A stretch of 64,000 nt of DNA. Origin: Balanoglossus misakiensis. Its lineage: Eukaryota; Animalia; Hemichordata. This document shows positions 54,301 to 62,800 of this stretch, one piece after another. A model generated the notes under the pieces. It made no database searches, was not told the DNA's origin, and saw only the letters and a program-made list of their open reading frames with translations. The DNA lies in assembly GCA_040954595.2 (NCBI GenBank), contig CM082592.2, forward strand, positions 2,793,462-2,857,461, written 5' to 3'. Each line of letters starts with the position of its first letter. Positions within the stretch are counted from its first letter, which is position 1. The position numbers were made by a program, and so were the translations under genes.

Positions 54301-55625
54301 AGCCTTAACATGTAATAGCTGCAGTACATAGCTGGAGATTCTGTCTGGTATTAGGTGTAGCTCTGCGTGGCAGGGCTGTGTTGTAGCTAGCCCTGCCACG
54401 CACAGCTAGTATATTAGGTGTTGGTACATGGCAAAACATTGCAAAACCTTGAGCTACATTGTACTGTACTGCAGCTGATGCTCTTGATGTCTAAATGAAT
54501 AAATGAATCACAATAGAGGGCATTACGTCTAAAGCACTGTCCTGAATTATTCTCAGGGAGTCATGGGAGTGGACATTTTAGGTTAAGGCTGCATTCACAA
54601 ACACCTCTGGAGGGGGGGGGCAGGAGAATTGAGGGGGGGGATTTGAAAAAATTGAGGGTATGTAAGGGGGGGATTTGAAATAATTTAGGGACTGAAAGGG
54701 GGGGACTTGAAAACTTTAACGACTAAATATTTATTTTGAGTCCACAAAAATGCAGTTTCGCGCCCTTTATTTTACAAAATTTTCTAATGTGGGAGGGGGG
54801 CACCGCCCACACCCACCCCCTCCATTCATCAACACCTTTCAATCATTGACTGGTTTATCTAGTGTCCCAGGTCAGGGGACTTGCCCCACCCCATGATAAC
54901 TTTGAGCGGTGACGGTTAAATTTGTCCTCCCCAACATACCGGTAGTTGAGTTAATTTGCTTTTGCCGGGTTCATTAAAATGCAGCTTTGAGCTCTGTATT
55001 TTAGAAAATTTTCTTACGTGGGAGGGGGACACCCCCTCCCAAACCCACCCCCTTCAATTCTCGGTTTACAATGTCTCCCAACACAGAATACAAATATATG
55101 TACTTAAAAATAAAAACAATGTTCAGTTTTAATACCCACTGATGAGGGGAAACATCAGTTTCAAATTCTTTTCATGGGAGCGCTGTTTTTCTTTTTACAA
55201 GATAGATAGGTGATGTGTTTTGCTCTGTGAAAGAAAATGGGGGGGGGGGATTTCAAAATTTTGGCAGTTCGGAAGGGGGGTATTTGAAAATATTGGCAGT
55301 TCGGAGGGGGGGGCATGTGAAAATTAGCGGTAAAAAAAATTGAATTCTCCCGCCCCCCCCCCCCCCTCCAGAGGTGTTTGTGAATGCAGCCTAATTAAAA
55401 CCAAGGTTTATTATTTTCTGAAATTGATGTAGACTGCCAGGTCACAATACTCACCACGCTTGCAGGTATAAGTGAAGACAGAGATGAATGAATACCCATC
55501 AATACAGATAATCGAAGGACTGCTTCAGGTCCACAGAATGAAGCGTAAAATGGCAGCACGATAATCCATAACATAGATATAATGGATGAACATCCCATAC
55601 ACAGGAACGGTATGAAGAGCAACAT
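24113..55625 (-). CDS. Multi-pass membrane protein, Ice2-family-like (fungal ER protein Ice2/SERINC superfamily), 8 coding exons, 379 aa
   Basis: Exons 55625-55455, 54066-53848, 52955-52864, 52660-52596, 52324-52210, 51735-51674, 49993-49860 and 24394-24113 join via GT-AG with intron phases 0,0,2,1,2,1,0 into one open 1140-nt frame with about 10 hydrophobic segments. The gene structure is well supported. The family call rests on recalled motif similarity. Unrelated to human ICE2/NARG2. Confidence 0.85.
25150..25455 (-). pseudogene. Possible decayed THAP-domain fragment of a DNA transposon
   Basis: The - strand gives frameshifted pieces TCFVLG..., CIPKHKRK.RAKF and SLKAENPT in THAP-like order after AAAATGGCGGC. 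Confidence 0.3.
31535..31655. repeat. Degenerate purine-rich minisatellite (GGAGATGTG core)
   Basis: GAGAT(G) core recurs about five times at ~20-nt spacing. Confidence 0.55.
32085..32278 (+). repeat. Dispersed repeat family B copy
   Basis: Same motifs in the same order as 57905-58110. Confidence 0.55.
32390..32677. repeat. Two (GACA/GGCA)n low-complexity tracts
   Basis: Tracts at 32390-32450 and 32620-32677. Confidence 0.8.
35168..35280. repeat. Degenerate minisatellite (TGGAGGGAC core)
   Basis: TGGAGGGAC occurs three times at ~30-35-nt spacing, plus a CAGGGAC variant. Confidence 0.55.
36454..36645. mobile_element. MITE family A copy
   Basis: CTGTAAAACGGAAAATT...AATTTTCCGTTTTACAG-TA. Same internal sequence. 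Confidence 0.8.
37311..37483. mobile_element. Tc1/mariner(pogo)-like MITE
   Basis: TIR CAGTGAAACCTGTC / GACAAGTTTCACTG followed by TA. Internal repeats of TGTCCTTAATAGAGAGG. Confidence 0.75.
41877..41991. mobile_element. Small inverted-repeat element
   Basis: TCAGATGTAGCGTGGCGC ... GCGCCTAACTCTACATCTGA inverted ends around purine-rich AGAACAGCC repeats. Confidence 0.5.
42905..43092. mobile_element. MITE family A copy, left end degraded
   Basis: Internal GAGATAACGATGCAGT and GATATCGCGAAAAT. Ends TTGACAG-TA. Confidence 0.72.
44735..44890 (-). repeat. Dispersed repeat family B copy, inverted and diverged
   Basis: The reverse complement TTAATCCACAAACTGGCTCAGGTCAGG...CTGTCCCAAATCTAAG resembles 57955-58007. 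Confidence 0.45.
45525..45737. mobile_element. TA-flanked MITE family A, best-preserved copy
   Basis: Perfect 25-bp TIR CTGTAAAACACTTTATTTTCGCGAG with TA on both sides. Internal GATAACGATGCAGTGA and repeated CGCGAAAAT. Confidence 0.88.
45957..46185 (-). repeat. Inverted partial copy of the 50870-51360 element
   Basis: The reverse complement contains CTCGCTATCGCCAGTG, CTTTGCATAACAAAGGTTGC, TTGATTTTCGTCAAATCTG and TGCAATAATAACAGAACT, all found at 50870-51360. Confidence 0.85.
48494..48679 (-). repeat. Long hairpin with three TC/TC (GA/GA on the - strand) mismatches
   Basis: Arms pair over ~90 bp around GGGC-TAT-GCCC. Confidence 0.9.
49860..49993 (-). CDS. Ice2-like gene exon 7
   Basis: Acceptor tattttcatttcag. 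Encodes QIANISQGVMFLYKLMSLSFLLVVVVRVVSILHAVSLIPPWNNE. Donor GAG|GTAAGT. Confidence 0.86.
50769..51172. repeat. Two diverged ~200-bp tandem units upstream of hairpin A
   Basis: Units begin ATGATC at ~50769 and 50966 and share TTTTCAACATTC, TTATCCTTCCCAA, GTCAGAATAACA, GGAACCTCG and CTCGCTATCGCCAGT. Confidence 0.85.
51328..51513 (-). repeat. Long hairpin A with a perfect 43-bp outer stem and TC/TC mismatches
   Basis: ACAGAACTTCATGACCTCTGCGCGCGATCTGTGCAATATGGAT pairs with its exact complement. Apex ATTTTTAC-TC-GC-TATC-GC-TC-GTAAAAAT. Confidence 0.92.
51517..51599 (-). repeat. Hairpin B, adjacent to hairpin A
   Basis: AGTATGCAC-TC-GGACATTAGCGC...ATCGCCC-TC-CGC-TGC-GCG-TC-GGGCGAT...GCGCTAATGTCC-TC-GTGCATACT. 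Confidence 0.9.
51674..51735 (-). CDS. Ice2-like gene exon 6
   Basis: Acceptor ctttttctttcaattgacag. Encodes DELDRRSFLHLFYSIIVTSA. Donor CAG|GTAGGT. Phases 2/1 bridge exons 5 and 7. Missing from the ORF track. Confidence 0.8.
51955..52140. mobile_element. Short Kolobok-like MITE
   Basis: TIR AGGTATACAGTCACCT / AGGTTGCTGTATACCT. Flanks TTAA and TTTA. Confidence 0.6.
52210..52324 (-). CDS. Ice2-like gene exon 5
   Basis: Acceptor tttattttcgcag. Encodes NILDVSVITLVMFSILWAMQQELKMSKNPIQTPQVWY. Donor AG|GTGGGC. Confidence 0.85.
52596..52660 (-). CDS. Ice2-like gene exon 4
   Basis: Acceptor ttttatacatacag. Encodes LIVTLWLIAFAILVFGIVSEA(G). Donor CAG|GTAAAT. Confidence 0.85.
52864..52955 (-). CDS. 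Ice2-like gene exon 3
   Basis: Acceptor tgtgtttcttctcag. Encodes LLILGLAGTSYAVSVFICVLLRSEEHPVTR(W). Donor TG|GTGTGT. Phases 0/2 exactly bridge the neighbours. Missing from the ORF track. Confidence 0.8.
53294..53493. mobile_element. MITE family A copy, diverged
   Basis: TA-CTGTAAAACG...CGTTTTAAAG-TA. Internal TGTTTTTCAGAGATAA and GCGAAAATTAAT. Confidence 0.72.
53550..53722. repeat. Foldback/palindromic element (~80-bp arms)
   Basis: GCTATACACCCT...GAACTCAAAGCGAGGCCAATGGG - loop - CCCATTGGCTCCGCTTTGAGTTC...AGGGTGTATAGC. Confidence 0.85.
53848..54066 (-). CDS. Ice2-like gene exon 2
   Basis: Acceptor ttttgtttag. Encodes ISAIPVTQLG...WLYDKVIWLSEPLLLTIEAIQVVRY...PSLAK. Donor AAG|GTAGGT. Confidence 0.88.
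54587..55391. mobile_element. Non-autonomous PIF/Harbinger-type (Tourist-like) DNA transposon, 805 bp
   Basis: TIR GGCTGCATTCACAAACACCTCTGGAGGGGG...GGAGAATT and its complement. TAA directly flanks both ends (54584-54586, 55392-55394). Internal G-run and ~70-bp repeats. Confidence 0.88.
55455..55625 (-). CDS. Ice2-like gene exon 1
   Basis: accATG start. Encodes MLLFIPFLCMGCSSIISMLWIIVLPFYASFCGPEAVLRLSVLMGIHSSLSSLIPASV. Donor GTG|GTGAGT. Confidence 0.85.
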
Positions 55626-56362
55626 GGTTGTCGTGGGTTTGTTTACAAATCGTCTTTGCGCTGTACTTCGCAATGACTCTACCTTGTCGTCAAAACAGTG
55701 AATGAAGGAAACTGCACGCACACGTTTTCTATCCTCCGCGACAAATTACAGACGTTTTCACTCTATCGTATTCATGACGAAACACATTTTTTCCAGAAAA
55801 GTATCACCAGACGACTCACAGAATTCCCAGCCTCGGAGCGGTTCGTCGAGCGCGCGTCAAGTTTTCGCACTTTTTAGACCACGACACCTTAACATACACA
55901 GTGAAACACTTGGTTCAAGGTAACTCATCTGAAAACAGCGTCAACACACCGGGTTTACCTCTGCTCGTATATGTAGACTTCAATTTTCAAGTTCAAATTT
56001 GGAGCGAACGAACGGGGATTCCCTCAGCATTTCTACTTCCTGTGTCAAAGGTCAACACGTGTTTCGTGCCAGAAACTGACTACCTAGCGTGAGATAAATG
56101 AACCTTGTAGGCAGTCCAAGCTTGTTTTACAATCTTGCTGTCTTGGCCTGATCCAGAAGGGTTCGGTACAAATTTGATTTTTATGATTCATGTATGTGCA
56201 CTTGTGACCCTGTGATCTTCCTGGAATTTTGGAAAATCAAAATCGATTCGACCGTTTGTTTTTTATTTTTACATTTCTTTAGTAAGTTAAATGGTTAAGA
56301 AGTCCAGGAAGTAGAGAGATAACACAAACGTTCGTGAACGTTTGTTAGCATACTGTATAATC
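55626..56362. promoter_or_regulatory. Putative bidirectional promoter / 5' UTR region between the Ice2-like gene and TRMT44
   Basis: Divergent start codons are 737 bp apart. The region is locally CpG-rich. ZNF143-like aattcccagc near 55822 and ETS/nuclear-receptor-like cttcctgtgtcaaaggtca near 56036. Confidence 0.65.
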
Positions 56363-56819
56363 ATGGAAGAAATATGGGAGAATGTGAAATGGCAGAACGT
56401 CGACAGTATATCCTGCGGCCAAAGTGGAGAAGCGGGTTTCTGGAAAGCCGTCAACATATGGATACAGAAGCCCCATGTTGTCAACAGAAGACTCAGCGGA
56501 GCAACGATAATACATCGAGTTAATTTATCTGCCAAAACTTTGTCACTGTTCTTACGCGAAAGCCGAAAAATTCTGGCAAATGGACATTCAACAGCTGATG
56601 ACATTTTAAATGGTGATAGTGGGCCGCAGGGGGGAAAAACATGGATGCATCGCAGTGATGTGAAGGTGAACACAGAAGAACATCTGGAAAATGAAGGTGG
56701 ACATCACGAAGCTGTAGGCGGTTGCCATCGAGACGACCTTTTGGTTGAGGTCATCATCCGAAAATTGTTACCAAAACAGTTAGAAAGAAATGTTCCGGTT
56801 AACGAATGTGTAATACAAG
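56363..56819 (+). CDS. TRMT44: TRMT44 coding exon 1
   Basis: ATG at 56363 (atcATGG). Encodes MEEIWENV...GFWKAVNIWIQKPHVVNRRLSGA...EVIIRKLLPK. Donor CAAG|GTAGTA, phase 1. Confidence 0.88.
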
Positions 56820-59800
56820 GTAGTAATTTATGACATCGGTATGAGTTGTGTATCTCTGTCTTATTTCAAAGTCAAATAATCTTTTAATAGCAAGAAGGGT
56901 TTTGAGCAGTGTTGAAGGGGCCACTGAAATTTCAAGAAGAACCACTTTCCTTTTTTATGCAGATAAGAAGATGAAATGTGCAACTTTCATATCATTCCAA
57001 CAATGTGGATCTAATGCAGAAACACAAACAGATGACACCATTGCAATGTATGCATATAGAGTAACTTTGATAGAATCTGCTGAAACAAGGTAATTCCTAA
57101 ATAGTATCATGTGTAATTTACTATCATAATGACATGTTTGAAGATTTCTTCATAAACTTGGAAAGTAAAGGATCAAACTTTTTCACATGTGTTTTGCATA
57201 TTCCCCAAAGCACCAGTGTGCCTGGACTAAAACCTGCCTGATTCTGCTCTTGGAAAAACGTCATAATATTGATTACATTGTATTTATTATGGAGTCGACA
57301 TATACTGTAAAACGGGTTATTTTCGCGAGAAATAAATTTTCACGAAATACGCAATGAGCTTAAACAACGTGAAAATAAAAAGTCGCGTAAAAATGTTTTT
57401 CAGAGATAACGATGCAGTGAAACGCGAAAATTAATCCTCGTGTAACGGTTGCCTCTTATGATATCGCGAAAATTTTGTGTCACGAAAATAGCTCGTTTTA
57501 CAGTATCCTACTCAAAGTCAAAGAAGATACGAACAAATGCCACATATTATTTTCCCAGGATATGTTTGCAAACATTAGCTGATTGCCATCCAGTAGACCA
57601 GATGAATGGTGTGACCCGACCAACACTGTCCTGGCTTGTCAAGAACTTACTTCCGAAATTAGTGAAATGGTGCATGGATACTGAACCAAGCAGTTCTATC
57701 AACAGCAATTCATTGATATCCATGGAGAACTACAACATTTTGTATCAGCAACTTAAACAGAAGTATGGACCGGAGATTATCAGGGTAAGGTTTGTTGTTA
57801 AATTGTTATTAACCAAAAATACCTGTGGATGTAATAAAGTTTGTGGTCACCAATTTGCTGGGGCTGTGCAGCAGATTTTGCCATGTATATCCATAACAAG
57901 TTTATGTATAGGCGCTGAGGCTCAGCCCCATAGACAATGGGTTGCGGAGAGGTGTTAATCCTTACACCGGCTCAGGTCTGGCTGGCAGAGCCGTCTCAAA
58001 CCTGAGACGTTTCAGGACCACTTACACCGTCCACACGTGTTTTTTAAAGACGGTATCTGATCTGAGACGCTTCAGAACCGTCCTAATGGTGTGTGTGTGT
58101 AACACACACCATTTATTTACACACATGGATTTATTTATTTATTAGACATCTTTTGTTTGTCATTTTTGATCAAGTTTGATCAGTTTCCCCTGCACAGCAA
58201 AGTTCTCACGAAGGTTTGATTCTGGGATTTGTGCATTAGCTAGCTTTTCAGTGTGTAGCTACATATATAACTGTATTCACTTAAAAAAATACCAGTGTTC
58301 AAATTGTGCAGATTCATGTTTTGTGAAAATATGGCAAAATTGGTCTCCTGAATAGTGAGATCAGTTTATAGCGCAGTAAAATATTATCACATAAAGTGAA
58401 AGTTAATGTTTGCGTATATATGTGTTACTTGATTACAGGCATGGCCTGAGAACACCGATCCCCAAAAGTTTGTGTATGAAGACATTGCCATAGCAACATA
58501 TTTACTGATGTTGTGGGAACAGGAAAGGAGAGATCAAAATCTGGATGCAAAGCAGTCGTTTGTAGATCTTGGATGTGGCAATGGTCTCTTGGTGCATTTA
58601 CTCAATTCGGAAGGGGTAAGGTGAAATCTGATGGAATAGATTGCCGTTGGAGGTCTTCTCATAGACATGTTATCTTTGAATGATGTTCAGTTCAGCAACA
58701 CTGAACACACGCATTGTTGTGAACATTGAAGACCAACACGTCAATTAGACTGATTGTAGACTGCTATTCTTCGATATCAAATGACGTCAGACGCGCTCAG
58801 GTGGCAGTTACGTTGGCATTCAAATTTCCAGATGACGGGCAACTTCAGCAACGTGGTGTAGACAAAGACTGTGCAGACGAAATGCAATGAGGCTGATGAG
58901 GCACCATGCCTGATACATGTTACGTGTCTGGCAGTTCTAAAGTAAAAACATACTCGGAAAAACTTTACTGGATGCCAAAATATTGCTTGCCCGTCACCTA
59001 GAAATGACAATGCCTTGGGTCACATGGCCAGAACACGTGATTGATAGTAAAGAATTGTTGTGAAGTGATGTTCTTTCGACTGAAAATATCAAACAGTTTC
59101 ACGCTATATGTCATAAAATTGTATGAAAGCCATGCAGTTGTTAAAGGGTGACGATCGTCTTACGCGCATGTGCCAAACCAGAGACTCTGGTTACAAAAAT
59201 TGTATACAGTCAATGCCATAAGGCAGTGTGCTGTTCTAACAACAGACAAGATGGCGGCAACCACAGTCTGCTGCAGAGATCAGGATAAGACAGCAAATTG
59301 GATGAAAAGAAGGGACAAAACTAAAGTCTACTTATATGTTGCGCATGAAATATGGAAGGAAGCGAAGGCAGTCCACTATTTGAATGTGTCAAACTCAAAA
59401 TTTGCTGAACATTTGGATTGGACGTAATGTTTGTACACATGGAATTATGTACATGTGCATAAGACGATCGCCAGACTTTAACTGAGATATTCACTCATCT
59501 TAATTCTGGAACCTCAAAATCAACATACAAAAAAAAAATAACATGTACATGTATATCTACATGAGAAATCGTCCAGTTTATTTTTAAGATATACATGTAA
59601 CTACGCTTTGACATAGATGTTTATAATTACTACGCTTTGACATAGATGTTTATAATTGATCCAGCATCCAGGGAAAGGTATTGACGTCAGACGGAGAAAG
59701 ATATGGAACATTTATGGCCAAGCTACAAACCTAGAGGAAAGAACAATCATACCATCTGATAGGGCACTTTTCCCAGATTGTGATTGGTTGATTGGTAATC

Positions 59801-62800
59801 ATTCGGATGAATTGACCCCATGGATTCCAGTGATTGCTGCAAGGTACGTTGAGTCTACAGTACCGGTACATGTATCTTTGACATTTAACCCTAATGCTAC
59901 TTGATGTCATACCTGTTTAGAGTGTCAAGTCCCTTAAATTACGTATTTACCACTTTTTCTTCTGAAACATATTTTGACTGTCTTGGCATGGCTCTCATAC
60001 GTACTTAGACACACTTGGCAGTCTGAGCCCCCCGTAAAATGTACCAAATCGCACTGGTTTGCACTGTATTGGTCTGAGGGTCTTGTATAGGCCCTACTGA
60101 TTAACACGCACTTGGCAGTCTAACAGGCCTGGGAGCCAGGATTCTAGGCACCCTGGAAATCAAACCAGTTTCAACTGACTTGGCAGCGTTTATAGGGTTA
60201 AAACAAGCTTAGTCAATAGTTGTTTTATTTTGGTGTCCAAATATAGATTTACAAGGTATTCATTGTAATTGGGCATATCATAATATGGCTGTAAAAACAT
60301 ATTTCAGATGAAGCATAAAAATGCATACACATTTTGCCAAGAAGATTGACCAACATATCAATATACCAATATTAACACAACACAACTGGTGAATTAAATT
60401 CCTACGACCCCCTGCACATAATTTATTCACATTGTACAATCACTCCATGTGTGTACCTGTATGCATTTCTAGATGTAATTCTTTCTATCTGTTTCTCATT
60501 CCAGATCAAGTTACAACACTCGTTATTTTGTTCTGCCTTGTTGTTTCCATGATTTCAATTGCAAATTTAGAAGAACAAGGGCAGACATAGCACAGTACAG
60601 AACCTACCTGAATTATATCAGCGAAATTGGTGAGATCTGTGGGTTTACAATTGAAGAAGATGCTCTTAGAATCCCTTCAACAAAGCGAGTGAGTGTTGGT
60701 TTTTGAGTTCTTGCAAACATCATGTAGTCAAATGAGAATCACCCTTGGAGGTTCTGTCTGTCCGTCTGTGTGTGGGTGTACGTGCGTGCACTTGCATGTA
60801 TCTGCATGTGTTTCTCCCAAACCCTCCATGTAACTCAGCCTTGCCTGAACACGTGTCATTCATGAACAAAGACAATGTAAATGGCATATATTTATTCCTG
60901 GAAAAACCTGGAAGATTGATTGATTGATTGATTGATTGATTAACTTTCGGTCTATTTTTTCAGCAAAGTACCTATATTCAGTAATGACGATAAAAGTTCA
61001 ACCAATCAGTCAATCAACAAAGTTATAAAGTACCAAAATGTATAACAATGTTATTTTCAAAGTCAATGAAAATGGATGATCACTAAAGTGTTTGAACTCA
61101 GCATACGACCGGTAAATGATTGTAACTGCTATAAAACACATGATTTGTATGCAACATAACATACAAAGCTATTTTAAATTTACTGTGTTGGCCACCTGTC
61201 ACAATACTTATCTCTCCACTGCTTATGGATTGAAGGATTTTCACACCAACCCCATTTAGTGGAACCCTAATTCTGTAGATGCACAAAAACCAGAACAGCT
61301 TAGTATAATAATTGCATGTCTATGATTTTTTTAAATGTACAATAACAATTGTCTATGTCTGTGCATCTGTTTGTCTCTCTAAAGATATGTCAAATTGGTA
61401 AACAACGGACTTATCCCATTGATGAGCAGTCCGCAATTGAAAGTCAAATGCAAGATTTTATCGCCGAGAAGTGTCGGTTAAGTGTTACCAGGAAAGACAC
61501 AGAGCAGAGTGATCAGTCGCCTTGCAATGATACAGTGAACTGTGCCAGCAACTGTGGTCAAGCAACTGACTGTGATAATACCGACCCCACTGAAGGGATG
61601 CAGCATTGGAGGGATTACGTGGAAATGTCCGATGATGCACCTCGACATCCAATAGGAGGAGGTGTTACTGCAGACGGTTGGATAGATAACTTCAAACCAA
61701 GAGGTCCGAGGGAACTTGTGAGGAACTGCTCCACGGTGGACCGAGCACTGAGGGTCCACATCACAAACACCATTGCTGGAAAACTGTTGGAGCTTGGAAC
61801 CGCAGAAGATATGCTAAATGTAGAGTTGGAAGAAGGCACGCAAAAACGCTGGAATAGGGGAGGTATTATATGTGGCACTGTTCAGATATATAAGTGTGCA
61901 TGAAAATTGAAATCACTTCAAATAAAAAAAAAATTGTTGGAGCCAAAACTCAGGGATAATCTGTGAACTGATTTCTATTTTCTTGCATTTTTATACTAAC
62001 ACGAAAGCTGCCATTTTCAAGCTCTGGTTCTCGCATTGTACTAGTAGTTAAACAATCTGAATTACCATTGCAAGTTTTGACGTTGTTTAAATCAGACATT
62101 CAAAGTAACACAATCCTTTCATACTTTTCTTTTTCATTGTTTTATATAAATTGGTTGAGTGAATTGATGATCAGAGAATTTCATGATCGTGGATTTTTGT
62201 GCTACATGGTTTACTTTTGTTCACTCAAGCAAAAACAAAGTCCTACAAAAGTGTTTGTTGATCACATAATATTTAGATGTTATTACACAAAGTTTGGTCA
62301 ATAATATTCCATATAAGTGAATAATACGGGCTCCTATCTTCACTGTGAGAACAATAGAAAGTGGCAAATACAGGCATTGATTGATAGTCTTCTGACTGAT
62401 CGTAGTAAAAAGTCTAAACATAACCCGATACTTTCAACTTCTTGGCAAATTTTAGTTAATGTCAAAAACCCTGCACAATTTTTGACTTGTCAATTCCCTT
62501 TCTTGCAGGCAAACTACCACTTCCAGAAGTAGCAGCTATGTTCACGAGTAAGACATTAGGACAACTGAAAAATGAATGCGGAGGATTACAAACATTACTT
62601 CGAAACAGTCATCAAGTTTTTCAAGGTAATATATGTGACTGTATCAAAGCATTGTCAATAATTTGTTGCCTTCCAAAAAAGCCAGACAGAAAAAAAATAC
62701 ATTTTCCAAGAATTACTTCGACATGTACTCTGCTGATTTTGAAAATTTGCATTTCCGTTGAAAATGCTACATTACATTTTCATAGCTATGTAGTGCCTTT

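Noticed and set aside
61478-61878. - strand ORFs of 87-93 aa
   Set aside because: Antisense shadows of TRMT44 exon 7.
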